Counted from the stretch's first letter, positions 47,119-57,799 are shown. The stretch: 64,000 bases of DNA from an uncultured Gemmatimonadales bacterium (GCA_963783385.1 CAWANJ010000001.1:544001-608000); one strand, 5' to 3'. Notes: generated by a model not told the origin, from the sequence alone. Made by a program: numbers and translations.

Positions 47119-47288
47119 GTCCCTCGTTCGGAATCTGGGGTTCGTGGAGCGCTCCGGTGTCGCCTGCACGTGGTAGCCGCGGGACGGCGCCGTGTTCCGC
47201 CCCCGAATCCGTCCCGGGACCCGGACGTCCCGCCGGCCGCCGTCGGTCCCGGGGCTCGTCGGTCAACCGGCGACGACGACGGATCGCG

Positions 47289-47813
47289 TCAGCGAACATC
47301 GATGAGCTCGATCACGCGCTCGGCCACCTGCTCGATCGTGCGTCCATCCGTGTCCACCGTGAGCTCGGCTCTGGCGTACGCACCCAGTCGCTCGTCCAGG
47401 ATCCGTTGGACGGATGCCTCGGGTTCCCCCGGGTCCAGCATCGGCCGCGTGCCAAGCTCGCCCCCCAGACGTCGGACCACGACCGGCGGGCTGACTCTCA
47501 GCCACACGCGGACGGCGTCCGGCCACCGGTCCCGCAGCGGGGGACGCGCCATCCAGCCGCCCCCGGTGGCCATGACCACAGGCCGGAGCTCGTCGAGCGC
47601 TTCCGTGGCGCGTGCCTCCAGGTCCCGGAACGCCGCCTCTCCTTCCGCCGCGAAGATGGCGGGGATGGACCGTCCGGCCAGCGCCTCGACCTCCGCATCC
47701 AGGTCCACGAAGCGATATCGGAGCCGGGCGGCCAGGAGCCGACCCACGCTGGACTTCCCCGCCGCCGTGAAGCCTACCAGAACGACGCGTTCGGGAAGGC
47801 CGCGCCCCGTCAT
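47289..47813 (-). CDS. aroK: Shikimate kinase
   Basis: GFTAAGKS, FVDLD, GEAAFRDLE, ATGGG and RPML. Confidence 0.92.
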   Translation of the reverse strand: MTGRGLPERVVLVGFTAAGKSSVGRLLAARLRYRFVDLDAEVEALAGRSIPAIFAAEGEAAFRDLEARATEALDELRPVVMATGGGWMARPPLRDRWPDAVRVWLRVSPPVVVRRLGGELGTRPMLDPGEPEASVQRILDERLGAYARAELTVDTDGRTIEQVAERVIELIDVR

Positions 47814-49014
47814 GCCGGACCGAAGCGTCGATCCGCGATCCGGTCCAGGTACGCCTCGAAGTGGTCCCGCGTCTCGGCCAGGGAATCCCCGCCGCACTTC
47901 TCCAGCAGCGCATCGGCGAGCACGATGGCCACCATGGCCTCGCCCACGATGCCGGCCGCGGGCACGGCGCACACGTCGCTTCGCTCCCGCACGGCCCGCG
48001 CCTTCTCGCCCGTGTGGACATCGACGCTGTCGAGCGGCCGCATGAGCGAGCTGAGGGGCTTCATGGCGACGCCGACGACCACGGGCTCCCCGGTGGTCGT
48101 GCCTCCCTCCAGCCCGCCCGCGTTGTTTCGACGGCGGCAGAATCCGCCGCTGCGGCGTCGGGCGGGATCCCGGTCGATCTCGTCGTGGACTTCCGAGCCG
48201 CGCCGGCGGGCGGCCTCGAAGCCCATCCCGATCTCGACCCCTTTCTGGGCCTGGATCGACATGAGGGCTCCGGCGAGCCTCCCGTCGAGACGACGATCCC
48301 ACGACACGTGGCTTCCGAAGCCCACCGGCATGCCCGTGGCCACCACCTCGAACACGCCGCCCAGGGTGTCTCCCTCCGAGCCGGCCCGGTCGATGGCTTC
48401 CACCATGGCCCGCGAAGCCTCCGGGTCCAGACAGCGCACCGGCGACTCCGCCGCGGCGACGTTGATGTCCTCGGGCATGGGGTCGGGCCGTCGCGCCTCG
48501 ACCCCCCCAGGGAGACCACGTGGCTCCCGACGCGCACCCCGAACTCGGCCAGGAGACGGCGCGCCACCGCCCCGGCGGCCACCCTGGCGGAGGTCTCGCG
48601 CGCGCTGGAGCGCTCGAGGATGTCGCGGGCGTCCGTGCGATCGTACTTCAGGAGGCCGACCAGGTCGGCGTGCCCCGGCCTCGGCAGGTACACCCGGCGC
48701 AGCGCCTCGTCGTCGGCGTCGGGCACCGGCTTCACGGACATGGGGGTCCGCCAGTTGTCCCAGTCCCTGTTCACGATCCACACGGCCAGGGGAGAGCCCA
48801 GGGTCTCTCCCAGGCGCACGCCGCTGAGGATCTCGCCGGCGTCCTCCTCGATGGCCATGCGCCCGCCGCGGCCGTAGCCCCCCTGGCGGCGGGCCAGATC
48901 GCGGGCGATGTCGAGCGGCTGCAGCGGGAGTCCCGCCGGCACGCCCTCGACGATGACCAGCATCCCCTTGCCGTGGGACTCGCCGGCCGTCGTGAACCGA
49001 AAGTGGGTCAGCAT
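47810..49014 (-). CDS. aroC: Chorismate synthase (frameshift in the C7 run at 48502-48508)
   Basis: TAGESHG, PRPGHAD and ERSSARET in one frame; NNAGGLEGG and ERSD in the shifted frame. Confidence 0.93.
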
Positions 49015-49172
49015 GCTGCGATCACTCCCCGTCCTCGCCCTCCTCGCCATCGCCCTTTCGCACCGCGGCCAATGGTAACCCGGGTCCCGCGGGGGGAAAG
49101 CGCGCGGGCCGGCCGACGCGCGGTGCGCCGGCCGGCCCGTGTGCCGGAGTCGACGGGTCGAGATCCGTGCGC

Positions 49173-51056
49173 TCACATGTTGGAATTCGACGGCCCGTCC
49201 GCGGCCGGCCCGTCCCCGACGATGTGCGGCGTCACGAGGATGATCAGATCCCGCTTCTCCTCGTTGTGTGACTGCGTCTTGAACAGGTTGCCCAGGATCG
49301 GGATGTCCATGAGGAGCGGAATCCCGCTCTCGGTACGGTTCACCTGGCTCTCGGTGAGTCCGCCGATCACGGCCGTCTGGCCGTTGTTGAGCAGGACCCG
49401 GCTGTCGCCCGTCTGCTCGGAGAAGTTGTAGCCCAGGCCGCCGATGTTCGACTTGTCCTGGACCTCCGAGCGCTCCGCGTGCAGGTCGACGAGGATCTGG
49501 TTGTTGTTCGTGATGTGCGGCGTCACCTGCAGGATGATGCCGGTGTCCTCGAACTGCACGTTCACCGTGGCCTGCTGGAGCTGGGCCTGGGGCTCGAGGA
49601 TCCGGATCGGCGTGCGCTCGCCCACCTGGATGCGGGCCGTGTGGTTGTCGACGACCTGGATGGCCGGAGCCGCCTGGACGTCGGTGAGGCCGTGCTGCTG
49701 CAGCGCCTCGAGGAAGGTGAACAGCGAGAACTGGCCGATGGCCGTCTCCGCGAGAATCTGCAGGGCGTTGTCGGTGGTGAACGCGCCGGCGTTGGCCACC
49801 GCCGCCACCGAGCTACCGGCCAGGTTCACGAAGGTCTGCTTGAACTTCGACTGGTTCTGCTGGCTCTGGCCGCTCGTCTGGTTGGCCTGGTCGGTCGGCT
49901 GGATCGGCGCCGTGAACTGGGCGCCCCGCCGGTCCTTGAGGTCGTAAGCGATCCCGAGGTTCCGGAGGTTCGTCCGGTCCACGAACACGATCTTGGCCTC
50001 GATCGACACCTGCGGGATCTTGCGGTCCAGCGCGTGCACGAGGCTGTCCATGCGCGCCACCACCGGCGGCGCGTCTGAGACGATGACGGAGTTCGTGCCC
50101 TTGTAGGCCACCACCTGTCCCTTCGATGTGGCCAGCTGCTTCAGCGTGGCGGCCACCGAGTCGGCGCCCGCGTAGTTGATCCGGAACACCCGCGTCACCG
50201 TCTGCAGGGTGTCCTGGCTGTGCAGGTTGGCCAGCTTGTCGACGACGATGATGCCGCTCTGCATGCGCCGCCATCCGAGCCCCTGCGCGGAGAGGATCGC
50301 GTCGAGCGCCACGTCCCACGGCTGGTTGCGGATGTCCACGCCGCGCACGGTCATGTTGGCCGCGTCGGCGCTCGGAACGATGGACACGCCCGAGAACTCC
50401 GAGAAGCCGGCCAGCACGTCGAGCATCGACGCGCTGTCGTAGGTCACGGAGATGCGAGGCTGGCCCGTCGCGGGCTGCGCCACCGGGAGGCGAGCCGAGG
50501 CCGGATGGACGGGCGAGCGCGCCGGCACGCTGAGCGACGCATGCCCGGCATCCATGGCCGACCGGTCGGCGACCGGCTGGACCGGTGCTCCGACCGCGGT
50601 GTCGTCGGCACCGGACGCGTCGGAGGCGAGAGCCGCGTCACCCGTGGTCCATGGCGCGAAGTCGGAGCCGGGGTTGGCGAAGCGGAGCCTCACCTGGGGC
50701 CCGTCACGCACCACCTGGTAGCTCTCGTGGCGGCTCAGGTCGAAGACCAGGCGGACCACGTCGTCGCGGAACTGGCTCGTCCGCAGCCGGACCACGCCGC
50801 CACGGCCGATGTCCTCGTAGTCGCTCCGGGGAAGCGCGTGCCGCGCCCCCTGCACGTCCACGATGAGGCGGGCCGGGTCGGCGAGCTGGAAGTCCTTCAC
50901 CTGGACCGGTCCGCTGGTCAGGATCGTGATCTCGGTCTGCTGGCCGGCGAGCGCGATCCGCACCTCGTTCACCGACCCCGCGGGGGTGCTCGGGCCACCC
51001 GGAGGCATGAAACCCCAGAGCGCGAGCAAGGCGGGGAGTAGGCTCCGAATGATCAT
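49173..51056 (-). CDS. pilQ: Type IV pilus secretin PilQ (AMIN + secretin)
   Basis: AMIN domain ([14 protein letters not shown]), [19 protein letters not shown] and [15 protein letters not shown]. Confidence 0.93.
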   Translation of the reverse strand: MIIRSLLPALLALWGFMPPGGPSTPAGSVNEVRIALAGQQTEITILTSGPVQVKDFQLADPARLIVDVQGARHALPRSDYEDIGRGGVVRLRTSQFRDDVVRLVFDLSRHESYQVVRDGPQVRLRFANPGSDFAPWTTGDAALASDASGADDTAVGAPVQPVADRSAMDAGHASLSVPARSPVHPASARLPVAQPATGQPRISVTYDSASMLDVLAGFSEFSGVSIVPSADAANMTVRGVDIRNQPWDVALDAILSAQGLGWRRMQSGIIVVDKLANLHSQDTLQTVTRVFRINYAGADSVAATLKQLATSKGQVVAYKGTNSVIVSDAPPVVARMDSLVHALDRKIPQVSIEAKIVFVDRTNLRNLGIAYDLKDRRGAQFTAPIQPTDQANQTSGQSQQNQSKFKQTFVNLAGSSVAAVANAGAFTTDNALQILAETAIGQFSLFTFLEALQQHGLTDVQAAPAIQVVDNHTARIQVGERTPIRILEPQAQLQQATVNVQFEDTGIILQVTPHITNNNQILVDLHAERSEVQDKSNIGGLGYNFSEQTGDSRVLLNNGQTAVIGGLTESQVNRTESGIPLLMDIPILGNLFKTQSHNEEKRDLIILVTPHIVGDGPAADGPSNSNM

Positions 51057-51553
51057 CCTGACGTCTCCTTGTCCTGCTTCTTGACCCGGAGGACCTCCGT
51101 ACGGCTCTGGCCGAAGCCCGAGACCACGAAGGAGACCTCACCGGGACGGATTTTCTGGACCCGGGCCTGGCCCAGGCGTTCGCTCTCGTGCACCCTGTAG
51201 CGCTTGCCGGTAGTCCTGTCGAGAAGCACGGCGACGCTGCCCAGGGTCTCGTTGTAGATGACGCCCGTGAGCTCGAGGTCCTCGAAGCGGGGCCCCAGTG
51301 CCTCGCCGGCCCGAACGGGCTCGAAGGGATTGCGGATGCCGCCCGGGAAGTGGAACACCTCCCGTCGGTAGTCCAGCGCCACTCCCTGCGAAGGCTGCCC
51401 GGAAGCGGCGGCCGTCGTGTCGGCCGCCTGCCCCTGGCCGGACTGCTGGGCTCGGCCCGTCGCGGGCGTCACCGCGACGGCCGCCAGCGCGACGGCCATG
51501 GCCCCAACCCGTGCCAGCCGAAGGGTCACCGGGGATCGTCTACTTCCCGTCAT
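51053..51553 (-). CDS. PilP-like protein
   Basis: Signal peptide, RNPFEP and LELTGVIY; located between pilO and pilQ. Confidence 0.65.
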   Translation of the reverse strand: MTGSRRSPVTLRLARVGAMAVALAAVAVTPATGRAQQSGQGQAADTTAAASGQPSQGVALDYRREVFHFPGGIRNPFEPVRAGEALGPRFEDLELTGVIYNETLGSVAVLLDRTTGKRYRVHESERLGQARVQKIRPGEVSFVVSGFGQSRTEVLRVKKQDKETSG

Positions 51554-52160
51554 TGGCGCCCCCCTTTGCGGACGATCCGGGCTTGTTCCCGGCCGCGTCG
51601 GGCGGGATCACGAAGCTCTCCAGGCCGAAGCTCGCGGTCACCAGCTGCCGGCCCGAGGGTGTCTGCTCGGCCGGCCGGATCTCGGAGACCTCGGGCCGGA
51701 CGATGCGGTCGAAGGACGCGACCCGCGTGAGGAACTGGCCCACCGACTGATAGTCGCCCTTGACCTGCATTTGCCAGTCCTGGTGCAGGTAGTAGCTGCC
51801 CGAGTCCGCCTTGGGCAGAGCGGGCACCACCTGCTGCAGCTCCAGCCCCAGGCTCTGGCTCTGGCGGGCGATGGCCTCGTAGATCTGGGGTACCTCGGCC
51901 CGGGACGGGACGAGCTTCTGGAGGGCCTGGTACAGCCCCTCGTCGTGGGCGAGCTCCTCCCGGAGCTTGTCCAGGTTCCCGGTGCGGGCCTGGGCCTGCC
52001 GGTTCTGGAACTGGACCTGCGCGACGCGGTCCTCGAGCTCGTTCTGCTTCGTACGGGTCGGCGAATACACGTACATCCAGAACAGCACGAGCACGACGAG
52101 CGCGCCCAGGATGCCCAGGAAGCGCTTCTGGTCACGGGGGTCCGGCGGCAGGAGCGCCAT
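51540..52160 (-). CDS. pilO: Type IV pilus protein PilO
   Basis: TM plus coiled coil; LVPSRAEVP and GDYQSVGQFLTRVASFDRIV. Confidence 0.88.
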   Translation of the reverse strand: MALLPPDPRDQKRFLGILGALVVLVLFWMYVYSPTRTKQNELEDRVAQVQFQNRQAQARTGNLDKLREELAHDEGLYQALQKLVPSRAEVPQIYEAIARQSQSLGLELQQVVPALPKADSGSYYLHQDWQMQVKGDYQSVGQFLTRVASFDRIVRPEVSEIRPAEQTPSGRQLVTASFGLESFVIPPDAAGNKPGSSAKGGANDGK

Positions 52161-52161
52161 G

Positions 52162-52812
52162 TCAGGCACCTCCCTTGAGCAGCGGTGCGGTCGGCACCGA
52201 GTCCGGCGGCGGCGACCGGTAGCGAACCGTGAGGGTGAAGGCCTGCGCGGTGAGCCCCTTCATCTCCTGGGCCTGGGTGGAGACGATCTGGACGTCCGTC
52301 AGGTACGGTGAGCTCTCCAGGTTGTGCACGAACTGCGTGACCACGAGCGGGTTCGCCGCGGTTCCCAGCAGCTGTACCTGGACGTTGGGCAGGGGAGCCT
52401 CCCGCTTGATCGCCGTGAGCCAGGCCAGGTCGGGCAGCGCCCGGCCGATCTCGTCCAGCAGGTGGGGCCACACGAACCGATTACCGTCCAGCTGCTCCAC
52501 CAGGTCGACGCGCTTCTGAACCGCCGACCGCCGGCTGATCAGGCTGTCGCTGAGGACCCGCAGCTCTGCGAGCCGCGCCGAATCAGCCGTGGCCGCATCG
52601 AGCTGCTGCTGCAGCGAGTGGTCGCGCGAGCGCTGCATGAGCCACAGCGACAGCACGATGAGCGGAACGATGACGAGCACCGCAATGAGCCCGGCGTTCC
52701 ACGGATCCTCCCGGAACGACTGGAACCGCGCCGAGGACGGGAGGTTCACGGAGCGCCGCTTACGGCGTGCCTTCTTCTCGCCGCCGCTCGGATGAAGGTT
52801 GATCTCGATCAT
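52162..52812 (-). CDS. pilN: Type IV pilus protein PilN
   Basis: MIEINL motif, TM segment and LDEIGRALPDLAWLT. Confidence 0.9.
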   Translation of the reverse strand: MIEINLHPSGGEKKARRKRRSVNLPSSARFQSFREDPWNAGLIAVLVIVPLIVLSLWLMQRSRDHSLQQQLDAATADSARLAELRVLSDSLISRRSAVQKRVDLVEQLDGNRFVWPHLLDEIGRALPDLAWLTAIKREAPLPNVQVQLLGTAANPLVVTQFVHNLESSPYLTDVQIVSTQAQEMKGLTAQAFTLTVRYRSPPPDSVPTAPLLKGGA

Positions 52813-52829
52813 GCTCGCCCCGCCTCCTC

Positions 52830-53879
52830 TCAGGCCGGACGCCGCAGGGCGAGTCCGGTACACAGCATCATCATCGGACCCACCTCTTGGTATCCAAGCT
52901 CCTGGACGGCCGAGGGCTTGAGCTGGAGGCTCTCGACCGCGCTGGCCACCCGGGTCTCGACGCCGAGGCGCTCGGCGAGCGCGTCGGCCAATCCGGGCAC
53001 CCCCACGCCACCGCCGCACAGGTAGAGACGGCCGATTCCGGCGCCCACGGCCTGCGTCTCGAGGAACGCCGTGGCCCGCTCGACGCCCCGCGCCACCTCC
53101 TTGGCCCGCTCGGACAGGAAGAGGTTCAACGTCTCGTCCTCCCCCTCGCCCCGGAGCACCGCCTCGGCCTCGTCCGCCGTCACGCCCCGTTCGCGCTGGA
53201 GGTCCTGGGCCAGGCGCCGCGTCCCGAAGGTGAGGTCCCGGGTGAGGACCGGCACCCCGTCCTCGAGGATGTTCACGGTGGTGGAGTCGTGCCCGATGCT
53301 CACCAGGGCGGTGATGCCGGCCATGGCCTCGGGGTAGTTTAGCTCCAGCGCGTTGTGCAGGGCGAAGGCGTCGACGTCGACCACGGTCGGATTGAGCCCC
53401 GCCTCCTGCACGAGCGCGATCTTGTTCTCGACGAGCTCGCGCTTGGCAGCCACCAGGAGGACCGTCATCTGGAGGCCGTCCCCCTCGGGGTCGGTGATCT
53501 GGAAGTCGAGCTGCACGTTGTCCATGTCGAAGGGCACGTGCTGCTCCGCCTCCCACCGGATCACGTCCCGGGCGTCCGACTCGTCCATCCGGTCCATCTG
53601 GATCGTCTTGATGATCACGTCGCGGCCACCGACGCTGATCACGACGTCGTCACCGTCGATCCCGGTCTCGTCCCACAGCTCGCGGATCGTGTCCGCGACG
53701 AGCCCAGGGTCCACGACCTCGCCGTCGACGATGGCCGAGCCAGTGAGTTGCCGGAGCGCCATGCGCTCCAACTGCGGCACATCCTTGGCGTGGTCGACGA
53801 CCGCCGCCTTGATGACGCCGCTTCCGATGTCGAGGCCGATGGACTTCTTCCGCCGGCCGAACCCGAGTGAAGGAAGCAT
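52830..53879 (-). CDS. pilM: Type IV pilus protein PilM
   Basis: IGLDIGS, EAEQHVPF, LCGGG and GLALR; actin-like fold. Confidence 0.95.
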   Translation of the reverse strand: MLPSLGFGRRKKSIGLDIGSGVIKAAVVDHAKDVPQLERMALRQLTGSAIVDGEVVDPGLVADTIRELWDETGIDGDDVVISVGGRDVIIKTIQMDRMDESDARDVIRWEAEQHVPFDMDNVQLDFQITDPEGDGLQMTVLLVAAKRELVENKIALVQEAGLNPTVVDVDAFALHNALELNYPEAMAGITALVSIGHDSTTVNILEDGVPVLTRDLTFGTRRLAQDLQRERGVTADEAEAVLRGEGEDETLNLFLSERAKEVARGVERATAFLETQAVGAGIGRLYLCGGGVGVPGLADALAERLGVETRVASAVESLQLKPSAVQELGYQEVGPMMMLCTGLALRRPA

Positions 53880-53937
53880 AGACTTTGGCCTAGTAACCGT
53901 CCGGCGCGGACACAGTATGGTGGGGCGGGACCGCGAA

Positions 53938-53967
53938 AAGCTACCCTCACCCCTGCCCGGGTGTCAA
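53938..53967 (-). promoter_or_regulatory. Sigma70-type promoter of pilMNOPQ
   Basis: TTGACA-N18-TAGCTT on the minus strand. Confidence 0.55.
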
Positions 53968-53999
53968 ACCGCGGGCATCCGCGCTCGCTTAGGGATTCT

Positions 54000-55127
54000 C
54001 TAGAAGCTCTGCGACCAGGTTCCCGGCTCCTGGATCAGCACGGCGAGCGACTTGCCCGCGTTGGCCAGGTTGCAGCTGTGGTACCGGTAGCGCTTGGTGC
54101 CGTTGAGTACGTCGCCGAGGTCGTCGGAGGTGACGTTCTGGCCCAGGAGGCTGTTCAGGCCCGACATGACGGCCCCGTCCAGGCGGCCCTGTCCGTTGTC
54201 GGTCACCGAGCCTCCAACCATCACCATCCCGTCCCAGTTGAAGTTGCCCTTGAGGGTCGCGTTCCCGCCGACGATGAGGACGCCCCGTCCCGCCTCCCCG
54301 CTGCCGAACGTCCCGTTCCCGTCCACGTAGATCACGGGCCACTCGTCCGAAGGCAGCGTCGAGAAGTCGGGAAAGGCGTCGGGCGGGACTTCGTAGGTGT
54401 GGGGGAAGCGGTCCCCGGACAGGATGGACTGCCACTCCGTCGCCGTCATCACGCCCTGGAACGGAGTGGGCGTCTCCAGGATCTTCGGGTCGCCGGTGAT
54501 CATGTCGTCCTTACCCGACCAGCCGGCCGGGGGAAGCACGACGCCCGCCTTCTGCGGCTTCTGACCGCACTGGTCGGTCCCGTCAATGCCCCCGGAGGCG
54601 CCGTTCTTCTTCACTCCCCCGCCCGACGTGAGCGCACCCGGCGGGATGGGAAGCATGTTGATGTCCAGGAGCGCCACGGTGGTCACGGTCCGGCTCGTGC
54701 CGCGCGTGGTGCCGGTCGAGCTCAGCTCCCACACCGATCCGTTGCTGCCCAGGTCCACGAGCTGGCTCGGAGTCACCGTGGCCGAGCCGCGCGTGCCGTA
54801 GGAGTACGTTTCGGCGCTGGACGGCGTGCCGCGGTGCGTGCCCAGGTACTGGCTCAGCCCGGCGTCGGCCACGTAGAGCGCGTCGACGACGTCCCGGTAG
54901 TTCGTGGCCGTCTTGCGCTCGGAGTTGGCCATGAGGAAGCCACCGGTCGCCAGCGCCGTCAGCCCCACCAGCGCGAGGAGCGCTACCAGGAGCGCGAATC
55001 CCTCCTGGCGGACCCTGTCCCGTGACCCGATGTCGGACGGCGCCGGTCGGCGTCCCGGAGCCTTCGAAGGTCGGCGGGTGGAACCGTCGGAGTGCAGCAT
55101 GGTCGACTCCATCGCTCGTGGGCGCAT
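54000..55127 (-). CDS. PilX-like minor pilin with extended C-terminal domain
   Basis: QEG/FALLVALL prepilin site lacking Glu5; ALYVADAGL PilX_N motif; start uncertain (55100-55127). Confidence 0.75.
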   Translation of the reverse strand: MRPRAMESTMLHSDGSTRRPSKAPGRRPAPSDIGSRDRVRQEGFALLVALLALVGLTALATGGFLMANSERKTATNYRDVVDALYVADAGLSQYLGTHRGTPSSAETYSYGTRGSATVTPSQLVDLGSNGSVWELSSTGTTRGTSRTVTTVALLDINMLPIPPGALTSGGGVKKNGASGGIDGTDQCGQKPQKAGVVLPPAGWSGKDDMITGDPKILETPTPFQGVMTATEWQSILSGDRFPHTYEVPPDAFPDFSTLPSDEWPVIYVDGNGTFGSGEAGRGVLIVGGNATLKGNFNWDGMVMVGGSVTDNGQGRLDGAVMSGLNSLLGQNVTSDDLGDVLNGTKRYRYHSCNLANAGKSLAVLIQEPGTWSQSF

Positions 55128-55129
55128 GA

Positions 55130-56026
55130 TCAGCTCTGCAGGTTGCGCAGCGGAATGTCGAAGCTGAGGTCGCGGCTCACATCGAATCGGTTCGAGCCCG
55201 ATCCTATGGCCGAGGCGGAAACCCGGATCGATCGGATGTCCGTGAGGTCGGAGCCCGTAAGGGTCCCGTGGACGGTGCCGTCCGCCTTCACGTACCGGAA
55301 CGCGGCGCCCGTATCGAAGGGAGCCACGAGTTCCTGGTCGTTCCGCCACAGGGCGGTGCCGCTTGTGAAGGAGGAGGCGGCGAACGAATACGTCAGCATT
55401 CCGTACACGCGCAGGACCGAGCCCGCGGCGGGCGTCGCGAGTCCGCTGCTGCTCCAGTCGATCGCCCGGAAGCGGCTGGCGTCAACGCTCTGGACGACGC
55501 CCCCGTTGGCGGTAGTGCACGCCGTCAGCGCCGTGGCCGACGCGCTGCCGGAGCCATCGAAGCCGTCCTTGTACGTGAAGCTCGCCGAGTTCGGATCGGA
55601 CACCGCGGTCCCGCGACCCGACGGCAGGTTCACGCTGGCCGGCTCATTGTACACGTACGTGTAGACGGTCGAGCCGCTGCTTCCGCACACCACGGCCTTG
55701 AGGACGTCGAAGCGGACCTCGACCGAGTCGGGCGTGGCCAGCTCGATGTCCGCCGGTGCCGCCATGCGGAGCTCGGAGGCCATGAGCTCGGCCGTTCCCC
55801 GGATCGTCTGCTCGGCGTAGATCGTGTCGTCGTTCTTGCCGTAGAAGCTGTTCTGGCGCATGAGGAGGCTCACCACCCCTCCGGCCAGAACACCGGCCAC
55901 GACCAGAGCGATGAGCATCTCGACCAGCGTGAAGCCGGGGGCCGCGGTGCGCCCCGAACGGGTCGGTTCGTCTCGCATCATGTTCCTCGATTCCTCCAGC
56001 CGGGAGGACCGGCCTGGCGTGCTCAC
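55130..56026 (-). CDS. PilW-like minor pilin
   Basis: G/FTLVEMLIAL and MASELRMA; alternative start at about 55982. Confidence 0.8.
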   Translation of the reverse strand: MSTPGRSSRLEESRNMMRDEPTRSGRTAAPGFTLVEMLIALVVAGVLAGGVVSLLMRQNSFYGKNDDTIYAEQTIRGTAELMASELRMAAPADIELATPDSVEVRFDVLKAVVCGSSGSTVYTYVYNEPASVNLPSGRGTAVSDPNSASFTYKDGFDGSGSASATALTACTTANGGVVQSVDASRFRAIDWSSSGLATPAAGSVLRVYGMLTYSFAASSFTSGTALWRNDQELVAPFDTGAAFRYVKADGTVHGTLTGSDLTDIRSIRVSASAIGSGSNRFDVSRDLSFDIPLRNLQS

Positions 56027-56463
56027 GGTGTCGGCAGGGTCACGGGGGCGTGCAGGCGCGTGACGAAGGTGTCGGGGGTCACGCCCGTGGCACCCGTCAC
56101 CACCAGCTGCACGCTCTTCAGCTTGGTCGCGGCCTGGGTCACGGTCCGCGAGACGGTATAACTGCGGCCCGCGACCGTCACCGTCGTGTCCGAGCTACCC
56201 ACGGCCACGCCGGCGTAGTTCTGGGCCATGGCGTCCATGATCTGCTGGGCGGCCATGGCCTGGTCCGTGTCGTAGGCGGCTCCGCGGGTCTGGTGGGCCG
56301 TCGACAGGCTCACACCGGCCAGCGCGAGAAGACCGAAGGCCAGGATCACGACCGCGATCAGCACCTCGACGAGGCCGAAGCCTTCCTCGTGGCTCCCGAC
56401 TACCACGCGGTGGAGGAGCACCCTATCGGCCGCTCGAGATGACACCGGATTCTCCCTGTTCAT
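56023..56463 (-). CDS. PilV-like minor pilin
   Basis: G/FGLVEVLIAVVILAFGLLAL. Confidence 0.8.
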   Translation of the reverse strand: MNRENPVSSRAADRVLLHRVVVGSHEEGFGLVEVLIAVVILAFGLLALAGVSLSTAHQTRGAAYDTDQAMAAQQIMDAMAQNYAGVAVGSSDTTVTVAGRSYTVSRTVTQAATKLKSVQLVVTGATGVTPDTFVTRLHAPVTLPTP

Positions 56464-56470
56464 GCTCACC

Positions 56471-56950
56471 TCACGGCACCTGGGCGATCCGCGTCCGACC
56501 GAGCGCGGAGACGTCCACCTTCTTGGTCAGCCCACTCCGGCCCAGGTCGATCTCCACGGTCCCGCCGGACGTCAGCATGCCGCGCGAGTTGAAGGTGATC
56601 GAGTCGCCGGTCGCCTTGACATCGAGCAGCGTGAGCGGCGTGTCGCTCGTGGAGCTCATGTCCGTGCTGGCCAGGATCGTCCCGCTCGCAGCACGGATCA
56701 CGTAGCTTCGACCACCCTCGTCGGCCACCAGGGCGACGTTCTCGCCCCGTCGGATGGCGAAGCTCCGCGCCAGCGTGACGTCGCTGGTCAGCGCCCGCGC
56801 CGCCTGGTCGACGATCGTGGACTCGTTGAACCGCTTGAATCCGCGAAAGCCCACCGCCACCAGGATGGAGAACATGGCGATCACGATCAGCAGCTCGACC
56901 AGGGTGAAGCCCTCCTGGCCGGCCGATCGCGGAGTCCCAAAGTCACGCAT
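56471..56950 (-). CDS. FimT/GspH-like minor pilin
   Basis: G/FTLVELLIVIAM, LARSFAIRR, ITFNSRG and VSALGR. Confidence 0.85.
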   Translation of the reverse strand: MRDFGTPRSAGQEGFTLVELLIVIAMFSILVAVGFRGFKRFNESTIVDQAARALTSDVTLARSFAIRRGENVALVADEGGRSYVIRAASGTILASTDMSSTSDTPLTLLDVKATGDSITFNSRGMLTSGGTVEIDLGRSGLTKKVDVSALGRTRIAQVP

Positions 56951-57027
56951 TTCGCCACAAGTCTCGCACATCGTTCCTCTAAGTTGCTCGCGCTTCGATT
57001 GTTGGCGCGAAGCGTTCGTACCATGAG

Positions 57028-57073
57028 AGCAAGAAACCGGCCCGGTCACAAGACTTTCCGCCACAACGGCTTG
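57028..57073 (-). promoter_or_regulatory. Putative sigma54 promoter plus IHF-like site for the minor-pilin operon
   Basis: Minus strand GGGCCGGTTTCTTGCT (57028-57043); CAA-N4-TTG core at 57064-57073. Confidence 0.55.
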
Positions 57074-57232
57074 CGTAGTTCCGAGGCGTCCGCGGTCGTG
57101 TACATCGTGCCGGTGGCTGAAAAAAGTGCAGCCCGGCGCGATGGGCGGCGGCGAGCCCCCGCAGGGAGAGAATGCAGGGCGTGCGCCATGCCGGCCGGAT
57201 CGGTGTGGCGGAGGTCGCCGGGGGGACGGCCG

Positions 57233-57721
57233 TCAGGGGCCGACGAGGCGGAAGCGGACGGTTCGGATGCGGCCCACGAAGTTGCACACGAGCCGGATGG
57301 CCCGCGGGCCACGGTACAGGTAGAGGCTGCCGGGAGCCGCCTGGCCCCGGGCGTTGAAACGGAGGGTCCGGGGCCGCAGCCGGAGGGAGTCCAGTCGCGA
57401 AACGTCTCCGGAGAGCCAGGTCCGGTCCACCACCCGCCCGGCCGGGTCGTAGGTTTCGAGCGCGCCTCCCTGCGTCAGCCGCACCCGCAGCGTCTGCCGC
57501 CGGGCCAGGGCTCGCGTCCGGGCCAGCGCCAGGTGGCCGTGCGCAGCCCGGCCGGCCGCCTCGAGCGCCACCGAGTCACGCCACGTCCGGTACCCCCGTA
57601 CGCCGAGGGCCGCCAGGAGTGCGGCCAGGGTGAGCGCGATGAGGAGCTCGACCAGGGTGAAGCCGGACGTGCGCGGGCGAGCTCGCACGGGGGCTCCTCC
57701 CGGAAGGCCGGTCCCAGCCAT
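57233..57721 (-). CDS. Second FimT/GspH-like minor pilin
   Basis: G/FTLVELLIAL, LARTRALAR, FNARG and NFVGRIR. Confidence 0.8.
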   Translation of the reverse strand: MAGTGLPGGAPVRARPRTSGFTLVELLIALTLAALLAALGVRGYRTWRDSVALEAAGRAAHGHLALARTRALARRQTLRVRLTQGGALETYDPAGRVVDRTWLSGDVSRLDSLRLRPRTLRFNARGQAAPGSLYLYRGPRAIRLVCNFVGRIRTVRFRLVGP

Positions 57722-57799
57722 CGTCCTCCCTCATCCGTCCCGGGCCACGTGACGCCACCCTCCCGTCGGAGGCTCCGCGCTCGCATCACTGCCGCGTCA

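Noticed and set aside
44110-48045. 1311-aa plus-strand ORF
   Set aside because: Antisense shadow of topA, aroK and xerC
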